From an uncultured Actinomycetota bacterium (GTDB lineage Bacteria; Actinomycetota; Actinomycetes; Mycobacteriales; Mycobacteriaceae): DNA of 64,000 nt. The notes beneath the pieces are model-generated. The model worked only from the letters and a program-made list of their open reading frames with translations. It did no database searches and was not told the DNA's origin. Position numbers and translations under genes: made by a program. This document shows, in pieces, positions 63,462 to 64,000 of the stretch (the first letter of the stretch is position 1; each line of letters opens with the position of its first letter). The DNA is taken from contig CAWDVX010000028.1 in the NCBI GenBank assembly GCA_963805835.1, forward strand, positions 1,378 through 65,377, in the 5' to 3' direction.

Positions 63462-64000
63462 ATGTCGTACCCCCAAGGTCCGCCCGGGAACCCCGGATAC
63501 CCACCCGCGCAGCAGCCGACGACTCAGTTCGCCGCCCCGACGCAACAGTTCGGAAGGGCGCCGGAACCAGGACCCGCCGGGCCGAGCCAGCTGCCGATGT
63601 ATCTGGCTGTCGCGGTCGTGGTGCTCGGGTTGGGCGTATACCTGTCGAGCTTCGGGCCGCTCTTTACGTCGGGTACCGATTTCTTCACGCCCACGCTGCT
63701 GGACCTCGGGGTGGTCGCGTCGATCGCCGCCGGATTGATCGCCGGCGTCTCGCTGCTGCCGAGGCAGAAGTTCGTGCCTTCGGTGCTCGCAGTGCTCTCG
63801 GTGCTGGCGTTCCTTCTGGTCATCGCTATCGTGCTGACTGCCCCGGGAGGCGTGTCCTTCGACTGGGGTCTGTACCTGATTATCGCGTTCACGGTGTTCC
63901 AGGCGATCGCCGCGGTGGCGGCGCTGCTGTACGACGCCGGCATCATCTCCGCGCCGGCGCCGCGGCAGCCCCGGTACGACCAACCGCAGTACGGCCACTA
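63462..64000 (+). CDS. DUF5336 / 34-kDa-antigen-like membrane protein (Rv0954-like), runs off the window
   Basis: RBS aggag; MSYPQGPPGNPGYPPAQQ, then TM helices. Confidence 0.8.
   Translation, partial: MSYPQGPPGNPGYPPAQQPTTQFAAPTQQFGRAPEPGPAGPSQLPMYLAVAVVVLGLGVYLSSFGPLFTSGTDFFTPTLLDLGVVASIAAGLIAGVSLLPRQKFVPSVLAVLSVLAFLLVIAIVLTAPGGVSFDWGLYLIIAFTVFQAIAAVAALLYDAGIISAPAPRQPRYDQPQYGH

Overview
High-GC actinobacterial DNA. Gene order is that of a Mycobacterium/Mycolicibacterium chromosome, syntenic with M. tuberculosis Rv0926c-Rv0954, with a sigK/rskA lipid-modification operon and a polyol cluster added. Bases 1-3904 are an error-rich reverse complement of 3942-7875, most likely a long-read fold-back artefact. 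Frameshifts are dense near the start and become rare after about 40 kb, so many 'broken' genes are probably sequencing errors. The first 9 kb is an accessory region next to tRNA-Arg(CCT). It holds two IS481-family elements and a cassette with a TetR remnant, a GAF-PP2C (RsbU/SpoIIE-type) phosphatase and a CarH-type B12-binding protein with an extra C-terminal helical, possibly globin/bilin-binding, domain. This pair is a candidate light/B12-controlled partner-switching module and is the best lead in the window. The rest is core and accessory metabolism and DNA repair: ku, ligD, fpg-like, uvrD1, pgi, gabD, sucCD and F420-dependent LLMs. Recognisable KstR, SigK, LexA, PafBC, SorC-type and MntR-type sites are present. 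A 19-codon Phe/Tyr-rich leader ORF (MLTQQGRFFFGYPPAVPVV) plus hairpin sits upstream of chorismate mutase and is absent from the ORF track.
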